Source: an uncultured Gemmatimonadales bacterium (GTDB lineage: Bacteria; Gemmatimonadota; Gemmatimonadetes; Longimicrobiales; RSA9). From it: a stretch of DNA of 64,000 bases. The translations under genes and the position numbers were made by a program. Location of the stretch: NCBI GenBank assembly GCA_963783305.1, contig CAWAMW010000015.1, positions 55,767-119,766 on the forward strand. The letters are read 5' to 3'. The first letter of the stretch is position 1, and each line of letters opens with the position of its first letter. Below are positions 36,977-45,479 of this stretch, piece after piece. The notes beneath the pieces were generated by a model. The model ran no database searches. It saw only the letters and a program-made list of their open reading frames with translations, and was not told the DNA's origin.

Positions 36977-37354
36977 ATGTCCATCCGCACACTCTCGACC
37001 GTTGCTCTGGCACTCGGACTCGCCACGGCCTGTGCCCCCGGCACGGGCGGCCAGGCGCCCTCCCCGTCGGACGGGGTCACGACGATCAGCGTGATCCACG
37101 ATGTCCGTTCGGCGACATCGCTCACGGTCTTCCTCGTCACGCCGACCCGCGCGGAGCGGCGGCTCGGCGTGGTGCGGCCCGGGAGCGTGGAGCGGTTCGA
37201 GTTCACGGACCCGCCGATCTCGGGTCAGTACCGGCTGATCGCTCGCCTGTCCAACGGCCGCACGTACACGTCGCGGGAGTTCATCCTCCTGGGGCGCGAC
37301 GGAGTGGAGTGGAGCCCGGGCGACAACATCGTGTCACCGATCTCGCGGAACTGA
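36977..37354 (+). CDS. hypothetical lipoprotein
   Basis: ATG at 36977 follows GAGGAG. The lipobox is LALGLATACAP. The rest is beta-rich sequence and no family is recognised. Confidence 0.55.
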   Translation: MSIRTLSTVALALGLATACAPGTGGQAPSPSDGVTTISVIHDVRSATSLTVFLVTPTRAERRLGVVRPGSVERFEFTDPPISGQYRLIARLSNGRTYTSREFILLGRDGVEWSPGDNIVSPISRN

Positions 37355-37388
37355 CCCGTGCCCGTGGCCCCTCCTCGAGACTCAGCGC

Positions 37389-37709
37389 ATGGGTAAGCGT
37401 CGCGAAACCCGCCACTCCGATTCCGTCCCCCGGACGCTCCACACGGAGCGCGTGGTGGATACCCTCGACCTGCACGGCTTCACCGGGGACCAGGCGGAGC
37501 GTCGTCTGGAGATGTTCCTCGACCGCGTGGCGGCCGCCTCGCCGAACACCGTGGTGAGGATCATCACGGGGCGCGGCTCCGGATCGGCCGGCCCGCCGGT
37601 ACTCCAGGGGCTCGTGCGCGACGCGCTCACCGGGTGGCTCGAGCACCGGGTAGCGGAATGGGCGGTGGACCTGGGCGGTGGTGCCTATCTGGTGCGGGTC
37701 AGGCGCTGA
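37389..37709 (+). CDS. Smr domain-containing protein
   Basis: TLDLHGFTGDQAERRLEMFLD..VVRIITGRGSGS..VLQGLVRDAL contains the LDLHG and TGxG motifs of Smr/MutS2 C-terminal domains. Confidence 0.8.
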   Translation: MGKRRETRHSDSVPRTLHTERVVDTLDLHGFTGDQAERRLEMFLDRVAAASPNTVVRIITGRGSGSAGPPVLQGLVRDALTGWLEHRVAEWAVDLGGGAYLVRVRR

Positions 37710-37771
37710 CGGCCGGGGCGACGTACCTTCCCGGGGACCCGTCCACACACCGACAACGAGAGGTGCGCACC

Positions 37772-38905
37772 ATGGCCGCCGCGACTCCGGTCGACCCCGA
37801 TGGCCTGCTCGAGTACTCCGTGGTCTTCACCGACCGCTCGCTCAACCACATGTCCGCGCGGTTCCAGCGCGTCATGCGGGACATCTCCGAGACGCTCCGG
37901 AACACATACGCCGCGGCCGCCGTCGTGGTGGTCCCCGGCGGGGGCACCTACGGCATGGAGGCCATCGCCCGCCAGTTCGCCCACGACCGCAGCTGCCTCG
38001 TGGTCCGAAACGGCTACTTCAGCTATCGCTGGAGCCAGATCTTCGACACGGGCAGGATCACGGACAGCGTCGTCGTGCTGAAGGCGAAGCCGGCGGCTGC
38101 GGGGCCCCGAGCGGCGTGGGCGCCGCCGCCACTGGCGGCGACGCTCGCGGCGATCCGGGAGCACGAGCCCGACCTGGTCTTCGCGCCCCATGTGGACACG
38201 TCCTCCGGGATCATCCTCCCGCCCGACTACCTGCGTGCCCTCGCGGACGCCGTCCACGCCCACGGCGGCCTCTTCGTCCTGGACTGCGTGGCGTCCGGCG
38301 CGGTGTGGGTCGACATGCGCGAGAGCGCCGTGGATATCCTGCTCTCGGCGCCGCAGAAGGGGTGGAGCGCGCCGCCGTCCTCGGCTCTCATCATGCTCGG
38401 CGAGGAGGCCGCCGCTCGGTTGGAGCAGACGCACAGCAGCAGCTTCGCCTGCGATCTGCGACGGTGGCGGGAGATCATGCGCGCCTACGAGGAGGGCGGA
38501 CACGCCTACCACGCCACCCTCCCCACCGACGCACTCACCCGCTTCCGCGACGCCATGCTCGAGACCGTCGAGATGGGCCTGAACGAGGCGGAACGGCGGC
38601 AGTGGGAGCTCGGAAACCGTGTCCGCGACCTCCTGGCGCAGCACGGGTTCCCCAGCGTCGCCGCACCTGGCTTCGAGGCGCCCGGCGTGGTGGTCAGCTA
38701 CACCGACGATCCGCTCATCCAGAACGGAAAGAAGTTCGCCGAGGCCGGCCTCCAGATCGCCGGCGGCGTGCCGCTAATGTGCGGCGAGCCCGACGACTTC
38801 CGCACCTTCCGACTGGGCCTCTTCGGCCTGGACAAGTGGGAGGACGTGGACGGCAGCGTCCGGAAGGTGGAGGCGGCGCTCGAGGAGGTGGGCCGGACGG
38901 GATAG
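37772..38905 (+). CDS. class V aminotransferase (alanine-glyoxylate / serine-pyruvate / AEP transaminase-like)
   Basis: ATG at 37772 follows GAGAGG. ..FTDRSLNHMS.., GGGTYGMEA, FVLDCVASG and SAPQKGWSAPP (PLP lysine) fit the family. The 5' extension of the track ORF overlaps the Smr gene. Confidence 0.8.
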   Translation: MAAATPVDPDGLLEYSVVFTDRSLNHMSARFQRVMRDISETLRNTYAAAAVVVVPGGGTYGMEAIARQFAHDRSCLVVRNGYFSYRWSQIFDTGRITDSVVVLKAKPAAAGPRAAWAPPPLAATLAAIREHEPDLVFAPHVDTSSGIILPPDYLRALADAVHAHGGLFVLDCVASGAVWVDMRESAVDILLSAPQKGWSAPPSSALIMLGEEAAARLEQTHSSSFACDLRRWREIMRAYEEGGHAYHATLPTDALTRFRDAMLETVEMGLNEAERRQWELGNRVRDLLAQHGFPSVAAPGFEAPGVVVSYTDDPLIQNGKKFAEAGLQIAGGVPLMCGEPDDFRTFRLGLFGLDKWEDVDGSVRKVEAALEEVGRTG

Positions 38906-38935
38906 CAGAGCCGGATCGCAGCCCAGCACAGCTGC

Positions 38936-39076
38936 GGACCAGGTTCCATATTCCACTTTACGCAGTTCGGGCCCCCAAGCACGGGCAGCGCCGCGGACCG
39001 CGGCAGGGAAGGATCAAGGTCGGGCCGGCCATCAGCATAGCTGAATGGGTCGAAAGTGGAATATGGAACCTGGTCC
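38936..39076. repeat. 141-bp element with perfect 24-bp terminal inverted repeats (MITE-like or long-hairpin RNA/terminator)
   Basis: GGACCAGGTTCCATATTCCACTTT (38936..38959) and its exact reverse complement AAAGTGGAATATGGAACCTGGTCC (39053..39076) flank a 93-nt GC-rich spacer. The spacer contains the palindromes GCCGCGG-A-CCGCGGC (38990..39004) and GGCCGGCC (39023..39030). It lies between two convergent genes. Confidence 0.9.
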
Positions 39077-39100
39077 GGTACGTTATGGTCCGGTACGTTA
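39071..39100. repeat. 15-bp tandem duplication TGGTCCGGTACGTTA x2
   Basis: Copies at 39071..39085 and 39086..39100. The first copy overlaps the outer 6 nt of the right inverted-repeat arm, and the second ends inside the stop region of the 39098 gene. Confidence 0.9.
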
Positions 39101-39676
39101 CACCGACCCCACCACCGCTTCCCCCTCCCCCGCGGTGAAATACACCGTCTCCTGCGACCGCTCGGGGAACCGGACGAACTTCATGACGTTGCGCTGATCG
39201 TCGAACAGCTCGAAGAGGAGTGTGTTGCGGACGGTGAATCGCGCGATCGGGGCGTCGGCCTGATACCGCACGACCACCCACCAGGCGGGGTGCCGGTCCA
39301 GCTGGTCCTCGCCGCTCTCCACGATCGAGGGCGTCAGCAGAGCGCCGTCCAGCTCGACCCGCAGGTGGTCGCGCAGGTAGCGGAGGACCAGCGCGTCGGC
39401 CTCGGCGCCCCGCGTCAACGTAACCATGTCCGCTCCCAGGAGGGGACCCAGCGCCTGCTCCAGCTCGTGCTTGAAGAAGCGCAGCCGTCCCGCCATGACG
39501 CTCCCCTCGATGGCTATGTCGGCCGTAACGGTGTGGAGGTCGTGAACGGGCAGCAGCTCCGACGGGCCCGCGTCCGCCGGCGCCCCTCCTGCTCCCGACG
39601 TGGAGAGCAGGAGGAGCAGCGGCGGAAGGAGCCGCCGGACCCCGGCGTGTCCGGGGCTACGGGGTCGCGCTCGCAT
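39098..39676 (-). CDS. DUF6702-like protein (commonly paired with M1 peptidases)
   Basis: After a signal peptide, HDLHTVTADIAIEGSVMAGRLRFFKHELEQAL and ..RNTLLFELFDDQRNVMKFV parallel the HxFHxS..IE and ..LFDEQKNVV patterns of DUF6702 proteins (from memory). It is immediately downstream of the M1 peptidase. The start at ATG 39676 is uncertain. Confidence 0.65.
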   Translation of the reverse strand: MRARPRSPGHAGVRRLLPPLLLLLSTSGAGGAPADAGPSELLPVHDLHTVTADIAIEGSVMAGRLRFFKHELEQALGPLLGADMVTLTRGAEADALVLRYLRDHLRVELDGALLTPSIVESGEDQLDRHPAWWVVVRYQADAPIARFTVRNTLLFELFDDQRNVMKFVRFPERSQETVYFTAGEGEAVVGSV

Positions 39677-41783
39677 TGCTTTCGACGCCCGCCGCGACCC
39701 AGGTGTTGTTGTCGCGATCGATGTCGGCAAAGGACTCGTCGGGGTCGATCGTGACGCTCACCAGGTCGCGGTCGCTGAAGAAGCCCTTGGTGAAGGAGAG
39801 CTCGTTGTTGCGCCAGACGTCCACGGGGAGGTCGAAGCGCTCGGTGGTGCCGTCGGTGTAGACCGCTTCGATCTCCAGGGGCATGACCAGACCGCCCCGG
39901 TTCTCGACGGTGACGCGGTAGTAGTGGCTTCCATTCTCCGCGGTACCCAGCAGCTCCGTGGCGTCCTGCGCGGAGACGTCCGCGATGGCCTGGTCGTTGG
40001 CGTGCGTGGTGTAGAACCAGCCGCGCCAGAACCAGTTCATGTTCTCCCCGGCGCCCTCCTCCATGGAGCGGAAGAAGTCGGCGGGCTGCGGGTGCTTGAA
40101 CGCCCACGTCTTCGAGTAGCCGCCGAAGGCGTCATCGAAGGCCTCGTTGCCGAGCACGTCCTCGCGGAGCATGTGGAGCCCGGTGGCGGGCTTGGCGTAG
40201 CCGTTGTTCCCGAAGTCCTTGTGAATGAGGTCGGACTCGGTCATGATCGGGACCTGGTCCGGGTCGCGCATGTACCCGACGATCTCGGGCGCCGGCCCGC
40301 GCCGGCTCGGGAACGTGCAGTCCGCGGTCTGCGTCCACTGCTCCCCGCAGTAGGTGCCCGCGTAGTCCTGCTCGCCGTAGTACTGCAGGAAGGTGTTCAG
40401 CCCCTCATCCATCCAGGTCCACTTCCGCTCATCACTGGCGACGATCATGGGGAACCAGTTGTGCCCCACCTCGTGGACCGTGACGGCGATCAGGCCCTGC
40501 TCGGTGCGATCGGAGTAGCTGCCATCGGGCTGGGGGCGCGCACCGCAGAAGGCGATCATGGGGTACTCCATGCCGCCGGCGGGCCCGTTGACGTTCACGA
40601 CCTTCGGGTACGGGTACTCGAACGCCATCCGGCCGTACGTCTTGAGGGTCTGGAGGGTCGCCCGGGTCGAGACCTTGTCCCAGAGCGGCATGGCCTCCCG
40701 CGGGTAGAGCGAGTGCACCTGGATGACCCGCGGGTCCCCGGGGTAGCGGAACCCGGCGGCGTCCCAGACGAAGGTCCGGGAGCTCACCCAGGCGAAGTCG
40801 CGGACGTTCTCCGCCCGGAAGTGCCAGGTCAGCGTACCGCTCCGGGACGGGCGGCTGGCGGGGTCGTCGACCTCGCTGGCGGTCCGGATGAAGACCGGCT
40901 CCTCACTGGTGTACGCCCGCTCGAGTCGCGCCCGCTGTTCCCCGGTCAGCACCTCGCCGGGGTTCTGGAGCACGCCGGTGGCATCGACCATGTGGTCCCA
41001 CGGGACGGTCAGCTTCACGTCGTAGTCGCCGAAGTTCAGGTAGAACTCGCCGCGACCGAGGAACTGCTCCGTCTGCCAGCCGTTCACGTCGTCGTAGACG
41101 CTCATGCGCGGGAACCACTGCGCCATCTCGTAGAGCCAGCCGCCGTCCATGAGCTCCTTGCCGCCGCGGCCGCGGTCAGGCACCGGATACGACCAGTCGA
41201 TCTCGAGCGCCACGCTGGAGCCCGCCTCCAGCGGCTGCGGCAGGTCCACCCGCATGATGGTGGCATTGATCCGGTGACGCGCGTCCACCAGTCGGCCATC
41301 ACGGACGACCTGGACCCGCCGGATCCGGTGCCCGCCGTCGAACGGTTCCACGCCCACGAACCGGCGGAAGGCCTCGCTCACCTGCTCGGGCAGCGCGCCC
41401 TGGGTCCGGTAGCTCCGGCTGTTCTCCGGCGACCGCACGTTCTGATCGAGCTGGAGCCAGAGGAATCCCAGACGGTCGGGCGAGTTGTTGTGGTAGGTGA
41501 TCCGCTCCGTCCCGGTGAGGACATGCGTCACCGTATCGAGCGACGCCTCGATGACGTAGTCGGCGCGCTGCTGCCAGTAGGCGTGCCCCGGCGCCCCCGC
41601 GGCGTTCCGGTACTCGTTCGGGTCCGGCCACTCGTCCATGGGCCGGAAGATCGACCGATTGGTCTCGGAGCCATCGTCGTGGAGCCAGTTCTGGGCCGCG
41701 GCGGGCGATGCGAGCGTGAGCAGCAGGAGCGCCACGGCCATGGAGGCGGGGCGCAGCGGCGCGTGAGGACGTGCGTATGTCAT
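39657..41783 (-). CDS. M1 family metallopeptidase (aminopeptidase N-like), secreted
   Basis: The signal peptide is ..LLTLASPAAAQN. The zinc motif is VTVHEVGHNWFPMIVASDERKWTWMDEGLNTF (HExxH-x18-E). The GAMEN-like region is GGMEYPM. Confidence 0.9.
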   Translation of the reverse strand: MTYARPHAPLRPASMAVALLLLTLASPAAAQNWLHDDGSETNRSIFRPMDEWPDPNEYRNAAGAPGHAYWQQRADYVIEASLDTVTHVLTGTERITYHNNSPDRLGFLWLQLDQNVRSPENSRSYRTQGALPEQVSEAFRRFVGVEPFDGGHRIRRVQVVRDGRLVDARHRINATIMRVDLPQPLEAGSSVALEIDWSYPVPDRGRGGKELMDGGWLYEMAQWFPRMSVYDDVNGWQTEQFLGRGEFYLNFGDYDVKLTVPWDHMVDATGVLQNPGEVLTGEQRARLERAYTSEEPVFIRTASEVDDPASRPSRSGTLTWHFRAENVRDFAWVSSRTFVWDAAGFRYPGDPRVIQVHSLYPREAMPLWDKVSTRATLQTLKTYGRMAFEYPYPKVVNVNGPAGGMEYPMIAFCGARPQPDGSYSDRTEQGLIAVTVHEVGHNWFPMIVASDERKWTWMDEGLNTFLQYYGEQDYAGTYCGEQWTQTADCTFPSRRGPAPEIVGYMRDPDQVPIMTESDLIHKDFGNNGYAKPATGLHMLREDVLGNEAFDDAFGGYSKTWAFKHPQPADFFRSMEEGAGENMNWFWRGWFYTTHANDQAIADVSAQDATELLGTAENGSHYYRVTVENRGGLVMPLEIEAVYTDGTTERFDLPVDVWRNNELSFTKGFFSDRDLVSVTIDPDESFADIDRDNNTWVAAGVESNASATP

Positions 41784-41947
41784 TGGATCTGTCCGAGGTG
41801 CTGCGGGCGGGGCCAGTCGCCGAGGTTAACTATAGCAGGGGACGCGTGAATCGGCGAAAGCGTTGCGCGTCAGCGTGGGTGGCGGCACGAGCGCTGCGGA
41901 CCGCGCAGGGGCTCGACGCGCGGCCGGTGGCCTCGTACCATTCCGCC

Positions 41948-42583
41948 ATGGATGAATCGACGCTGGACATCGATGCGCTGGAAGGGCTCGCGAACGTCGA
42001 GCTGGCGCGGGCGCTGGAGGCCACCCTCCAGGCGCTGGAAAAAGACACGGAGATCCTGCTCTTCATGGGCGCCGGGTGCGCGGTCTGTCCGCACCAACTG
42101 CGGTCGCTGGCGACGGTCGCCCTGGCGAGCCCGCGGGTCGTGCTGGACGTGGTGGACGCGGCCAGCGAGCCGGAGCTCGCGGCCCACTACGAGGTGCGGA
42201 GCGTGCCCACCACCGTGGTGGACGACGAGCTGATCATGGTGGGCGTCGTTCCGCCGGACGAGATGGCGCTCCGGCTGGTCGAGCGGCAGGGGCCCGAGCC
42301 GGCGAAACGGGTGTTCGCGGCCCTGGTCGCCTCAGACCGCGTGGCGGACGCCGCCGAGCGGCTGGCGGACGGACGCGGGGCGGAGGCGTTCCTGGAGATG
42401 TGGGCGGCGGCCGACGGCGCGGAACGGATCCGGCTGATGCAGGTCGCGGAGGATTCGCTCCTGTACGATCCGCAGGGGATGGATCCCCTCATGCCACGCC
42501 TCCGGCAGGGATTGGAGAGTGCGGATGAGGATCGGCGCGCCGACACGGCGGAGCTGCTGGAACGGATCGAGGCCGGGGAGTAA
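41948..42583 (+). CDS. thioredoxin-fold CxxC protein with C-terminal helical (HEAT-like) region
   Basis: Internal ATG at 41948. ILLFMGAGCAVCPHQLRSLA..YEVRSVPTTVVDDELIMVG resembles a glutaredoxin/thioredoxin_3-like fold with CAVC. The C-terminal half is alpha-helical and acidic. Confidence 0.6.
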   Translation: MDESTLDIDALEGLANVELARALEATLQALEKDTEILLFMGAGCAVCPHQLRSLATVALASPRVVLDVVDAASEPELAAHYEVRSVPTTVVDDELIMVGVVPPDEMALRLVERQGPEPAKRVFAALVASDRVADAAERLADGRGAEAFLEMWAAADGAERIRLMQVAEDSLLYDPQGMDPLMPRLRQGLESADEDRRADTAELLERIEAGE

Positions 42584-42625
42584 CGGGCTGTAGATCGCAC
42601 GAAGACCCCCCACCGTCACCGCAGA

Positions 42626-43015
42626 TCAGGCGAGCCGGTGGCCGCCGCCGTGCGCGTGCTCGTGACCCGCGCAGGCCGACGCCGGATCCAGCCGCGGCAG
42701 AGATCCGGCGCGGTATGCCTCCAGCGCTCCCGCCACCGTCCACTCCTCCGTCACCAGAACCTGCATTCCCTGCCCTTCCAGGTTCATCAACGCCCGCCGA
42801 CCCAGCCCGCGGCACACCACCACTCCGATCCCTTTTCCTTCCAGGCTCCGCGTCGGAGCGCACTGCCCGTGCTCGTGGCGCGCGTGCTCGTTCTCGATCG
42901 CACTCGTCGCCCCCGTCTCGCTATCCACCACCGTGAACCACGGGGCGCTCCCGAAGTGCGGCGACAGCCGCGCGCTCAACCCAGCCTCACTCACCGTCGG
43001 AATGCACAGCCTCAT
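42626..43015 (-). CDS. NifB/NifX-family (dinitrogenase FeMo-cofactor-binding domain-like) protein with His-rich segments
   Basis: ATG at 43015 follows GAGGAG. MRLCIPTVSEAGLSARLSPHFGSAPWFTVVD..VVVCRGLGRRALMNLEGQGMQV is typical of this domain. His-rich inserts are ENEHARHEHGQC and the C-terminal CAGHEHAHGGGH. Confidence 0.8.
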   Translation of the reverse strand: MRLCIPTVSEAGLSARLSPHFGSAPWFTVVDSETGATSAIENEHARHEHGQCAPTRSLEGKGIGVVVCRGLGRRALMNLEGQGMQVLVTEEWTVAGALEAYRAGSLPRLDPASACAGHEHAHGGGHRLA

Positions 43016-43298
43016 GACCTGCTCCTCTCTCTATGATCAGCGCCTTCGATTCCACCAGCGACCGGATCACCTTCGCCCGACCCGATACCAGCAGCCGCTG
43101 CACCGTCCCGCGCGACACCCCCATGCGCTCCCCCGCACCCTCCTGGTCGTGCCCCTCCAGATCGCACAGGCGCATGGCCTCCAGCTCATCCAGCCCCATG
43201 ACCACGCGCTCCAGCTCCGACATGGGGATGCTGCGGGGCTTGAAGACCGCGTCGCCGTCGAACGCCCGGCAGGTGCGTCGCTTGTGAGGTCGGGGCAT
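42987..43298 (-). CDS. DUF134 (UPF0251) putative DNA-binding protein
   Basis: ATG at 43298 follows ACGGAGAG. MPRPHKRRTCRAFDGDAVFKPRSIPMSELERVVMGLDELEAMRLCDLEGHDQEGAGERMGVSRGTVQRLL is the canonical DUF134 sequence with an HTH. It overlaps the NifX-like start by 29 nt. Confidence 0.8.
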   Translation of the reverse strand: MPRPHKRRTCRAFDGDAVFKPRSIPMSELERVVMGLDELEAMRLCDLEGHDQEGAGERMGVSRGTVQRLLVSGRAKVIRSLVESKALIIERGAGHEAVHSDGE

Positions 43299-43310
43299 GG
43301 CTCTCCGTTT

Positions 43311-43324
43311 TGTGCATATGCACA
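43311..43324. promoter_or_regulatory. AT-rich perfect 14-bp palindrome TGTGCATATGCACA just upstream of the DUF134 gene (candidate operator)
   Basis: Read directly. It lies 13 nt upstream of the DUF134 ATG, next to its SD. Caveat: several 14-bp palindromes are expected by chance in 64 kb, so only position and AT-richness make it notable. Confidence 0.25.
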
Positions 43325-43428
43325 TTACCCGCTCGCGTGCCACACCGCAAGGCCGCGCTGCACGCACACGAAAACGCCGGGGCGGTCCCTCGACCGCCCC
43401 GGCGTCTTCGACTCTCCGCATGCAGCGG

Positions 43429-45432
43429 CTACGACGTGGAGTCCGCCAGCTCCAGGACGGTCCCGGCGAGCATCCGGATCTTGTCCGTATCGCCGGCACC
43501 CGCGGTCTGGTTCTGCAGCCGGACGGCCAGGCCCCGCAGGGTGTTCCGGCGCTGGGCCCCGGAGGCGCCCTCGGCGTTGGCGAGGGCCTGACGCGCCTCC
43601 TGGATGAGGGCGGCGTCCATCCCCGCGCCTCTCTGGAGCTGGTCGAGGTAGGCTCGTGCCAGCGCGAAGGAGGCGGGCCAGACGAACTGTGGCTGAGTTT
43701 GCGCGTTCAGGTAGTCGAGCTTGGCGGTGTTGGCGGCGTCGATCTCGTTCTGGGTGACGAGTCCGTTCGGGGTGAGCTCGAGGATGTCGAGCCCGCGTGC
43801 GATTTCGGAGCTGACGATCGCGCCGTTGTACCAGTACACCGACCAGGGTCCGGCACTGGTGAACCGATTCGGATCGAGCGGCCCGCGGTCGAAGAAAGCG
43901 ATCTCGACGGGGTTGGCGGGATCGGTCCAGTCGAAGACGGAGATGCCGCCCTGGTACCAGGCCTGGACCATGACATTGCGGCCCGGAATGGGGATGAGAG
44001 AGCCGTTGTGGGCGACGCAGTTCTCGAGCTCCGTCTGGGCCGCCGGGAGCTTGTAGTAGCTCTGGAAGACCATCTCGCCATCCTCGATGGTGAAGATCGC
44101 GTTGGCGCCCCATTCGGCGGGGTCCGCGGCGCGGCACTTCGCGGCGCCGCCCCCGCCCCATTCGTCGGTGAACAGGACCTTGCTGCCGTCATTGCTGAAC
44201 GTGGCCGAGTGCCAGTACGCGAAGTTGGAGTCGGCTACGGCGTCGATCCGGACCGGGGCGGTGGGGTTGCTGATGTCCAGCAGCATGCCGTACCCCTCGC
44301 ACGCGCCACCCGCCAGGCCAATGGCCGGATACACCGTAATGTCGTGGCACTGGGTGGGGCCCGTCCGCTCGCGCTCGCCCGAGCCGAACATGGCGGTCAT
44401 CATCGCCGGAAGCGCTTCCCGGAGGGCGGCGCTGTCCGCGGCCGTGGGCGTCTCGACGCCTCGCTCGGCGGCGATGCTGTCGATCACGGGGTCCACGAAG
44501 CGGGACGGCAGCACCCGCTCGGTTCCGCGGATCTCCGCGGTGAACGCCCCGGTCCGCTTGGCCTCGGCCAGATCCGCCTCACGGGCGGCGATGTCCGCGG
44601 GCGTGTCGCCGTGGCGTGGCGGCGCGTCGAGGTCCTCGAAGATGCGCGGCGAGGAGACGATGGCCGCGGCCGCCGGGTTCGCCAGCGGTACCTTGATCAC
44701 CTCGATACGGAACAGGGCCGTGTTCGGGTTCTCATCCGTGAGCCCCGACTCGCACCCCGCCAGCTCCTCCTCGGGCCGGATTCCGGCCGATCCGGAGATG
44801 TAGACGTACACATTCTCGGGGTCATCGGGGTCCACCAGCAGCGAGTGGGTGTGCGAGCCCCGGCAGGTCTGGACGTTGCCGACGTTGACCGGATTGTCGA
44901 GGTCGCTGATGTCGAAGATCCGCAGACCCCGCAGCCGCTCCTCGCTCACCGGATCGGGGACGCCCCCGCCGCCGCAGTCGATCCGGCCGCTGAGCCCTTC
45001 ACCGGAGACGAACAGCAGGTCGCCGTACACCGAGACATCACTCTGCGACGCGGGGCAGAAGTATCCCTGACGCAGGATGGGGTGATCCGGGCGCGAGATA
45101 TCCCATACCTGGAACCCGTTGTAGTTCCCCTGGATGGCGTAATTGCCCGTGAAGGCGAGGTCCGAGTTCGTCACGCCGGCGAACGGCTCCTGTGCCGGTG
45201 TGGCCGACACCAGCCGCATGTTCCAGATGGCCTCACCGGCGTCCGTGACGCCCGCGCGGAGGCCCACCCGAGGATCCGGATTCGGCGCGGCGGCGGCCGT
45301 GATGGGCGTGAGCGTGATGCCGGGCTGTGGCGCGGGCGCCGGCGCTGCCATCGGACCGGAGGCGCAGGCCGAGACCGAGGCCACGCCGAGGGCGAGGGCA
45401 GCGCTACGCAGCGCTGTCGTGATGTGGTTCAT
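43429..45432 (-). CDS. LVIVD-repeat beta-propeller lipoprotein
   Basis: ATG at 45432 follows AAGAGGAAG. The lipobox is VASVSACASG. Recurring strands GFQVWDISRPDHP, LRIFDISDLDNPV, GMLLDISNPTAPV, ISVFDWTDPANPV and GLDILELTP match the LVIVD repeat pattern. The 229-codon extension in the track ORF overlaps the DUF305 gene. Confidence 0.75.
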   Translation of the reverse strand: MNHITTALRSAALALGVASVSACASGPMAAPAPAPQPGITLTPITAAAAPNPDPRVGLRAGVTDAGEAIWNMRLVSATPAQEPFAGVTNSDLAFTGNYAIQGNYNGFQVWDISRPDHPILRQGYFCPASQSDVSVYGDLLFVSGEGLSGRIDCGGGGVPDPVSEERLRGLRIFDISDLDNPVNVGNVQTCRGSHTHSLLVDPDDPENVYVYISGSAGIRPEEELAGCESGLTDENPNTALFRIEVIKVPLANPAAAAIVSSPRIFEDLDAPPRHGDTPADIAAREADLAEAKRTGAFTAEIRGTERVLPSRFVDPVIDSIAAERGVETPTAADSAALREALPAMMTAMFGSGERERTGPTQCHDITVYPAIGLAGGACEGYGMLLDISNPTAPVRIDAVADSNFAYWHSATFSNDGSKVLFTDEWGGGGAAKCRAADPAEWGANAIFTIEDGEMVFQSYYKLPAAQTELENCVAHNGSLIPIPGRNVMVQAWYQGGISVFDWTDPANPVEIAFFDRGPLDPNRFTSAGPWSVYWYNGAIVSSEIARGLDILELTPNGLVTQNEIDAANTAKLDYLNAQTQPQFVWPASFALARAYLDQLQRGAGMDAALIQEARQALANAEGASGAQRRNTLRGLAVRLQNQTAGAGDTDKIRMLAGTVLELADSTS

Positions 45433-45479
45433 TGGGGCTTCCTCTTTGGAGTTGGAGACAACGGTGCTACGGGGCTGTG

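Noticed and set aside
37678-39138. 486-aa plus-strand ORF and 319-aa minus-strand ORF over the aminotransferase
   Set aside because: They are alternate-frame or antisense shadows. The frame starting at 37772 carries the PLP-lysine SAPQKG motif and coding-like composition.
39056-41849. Plus-strand ORFs 39056..39754 (232 aa, starting inside the inverted-repeat element) and 39600..41849 (749 aa)
   Set aside because: They are antisense to the DUF6702-like and M1 peptidase genes (which carry HExxH-x18-E). There is no independent support.
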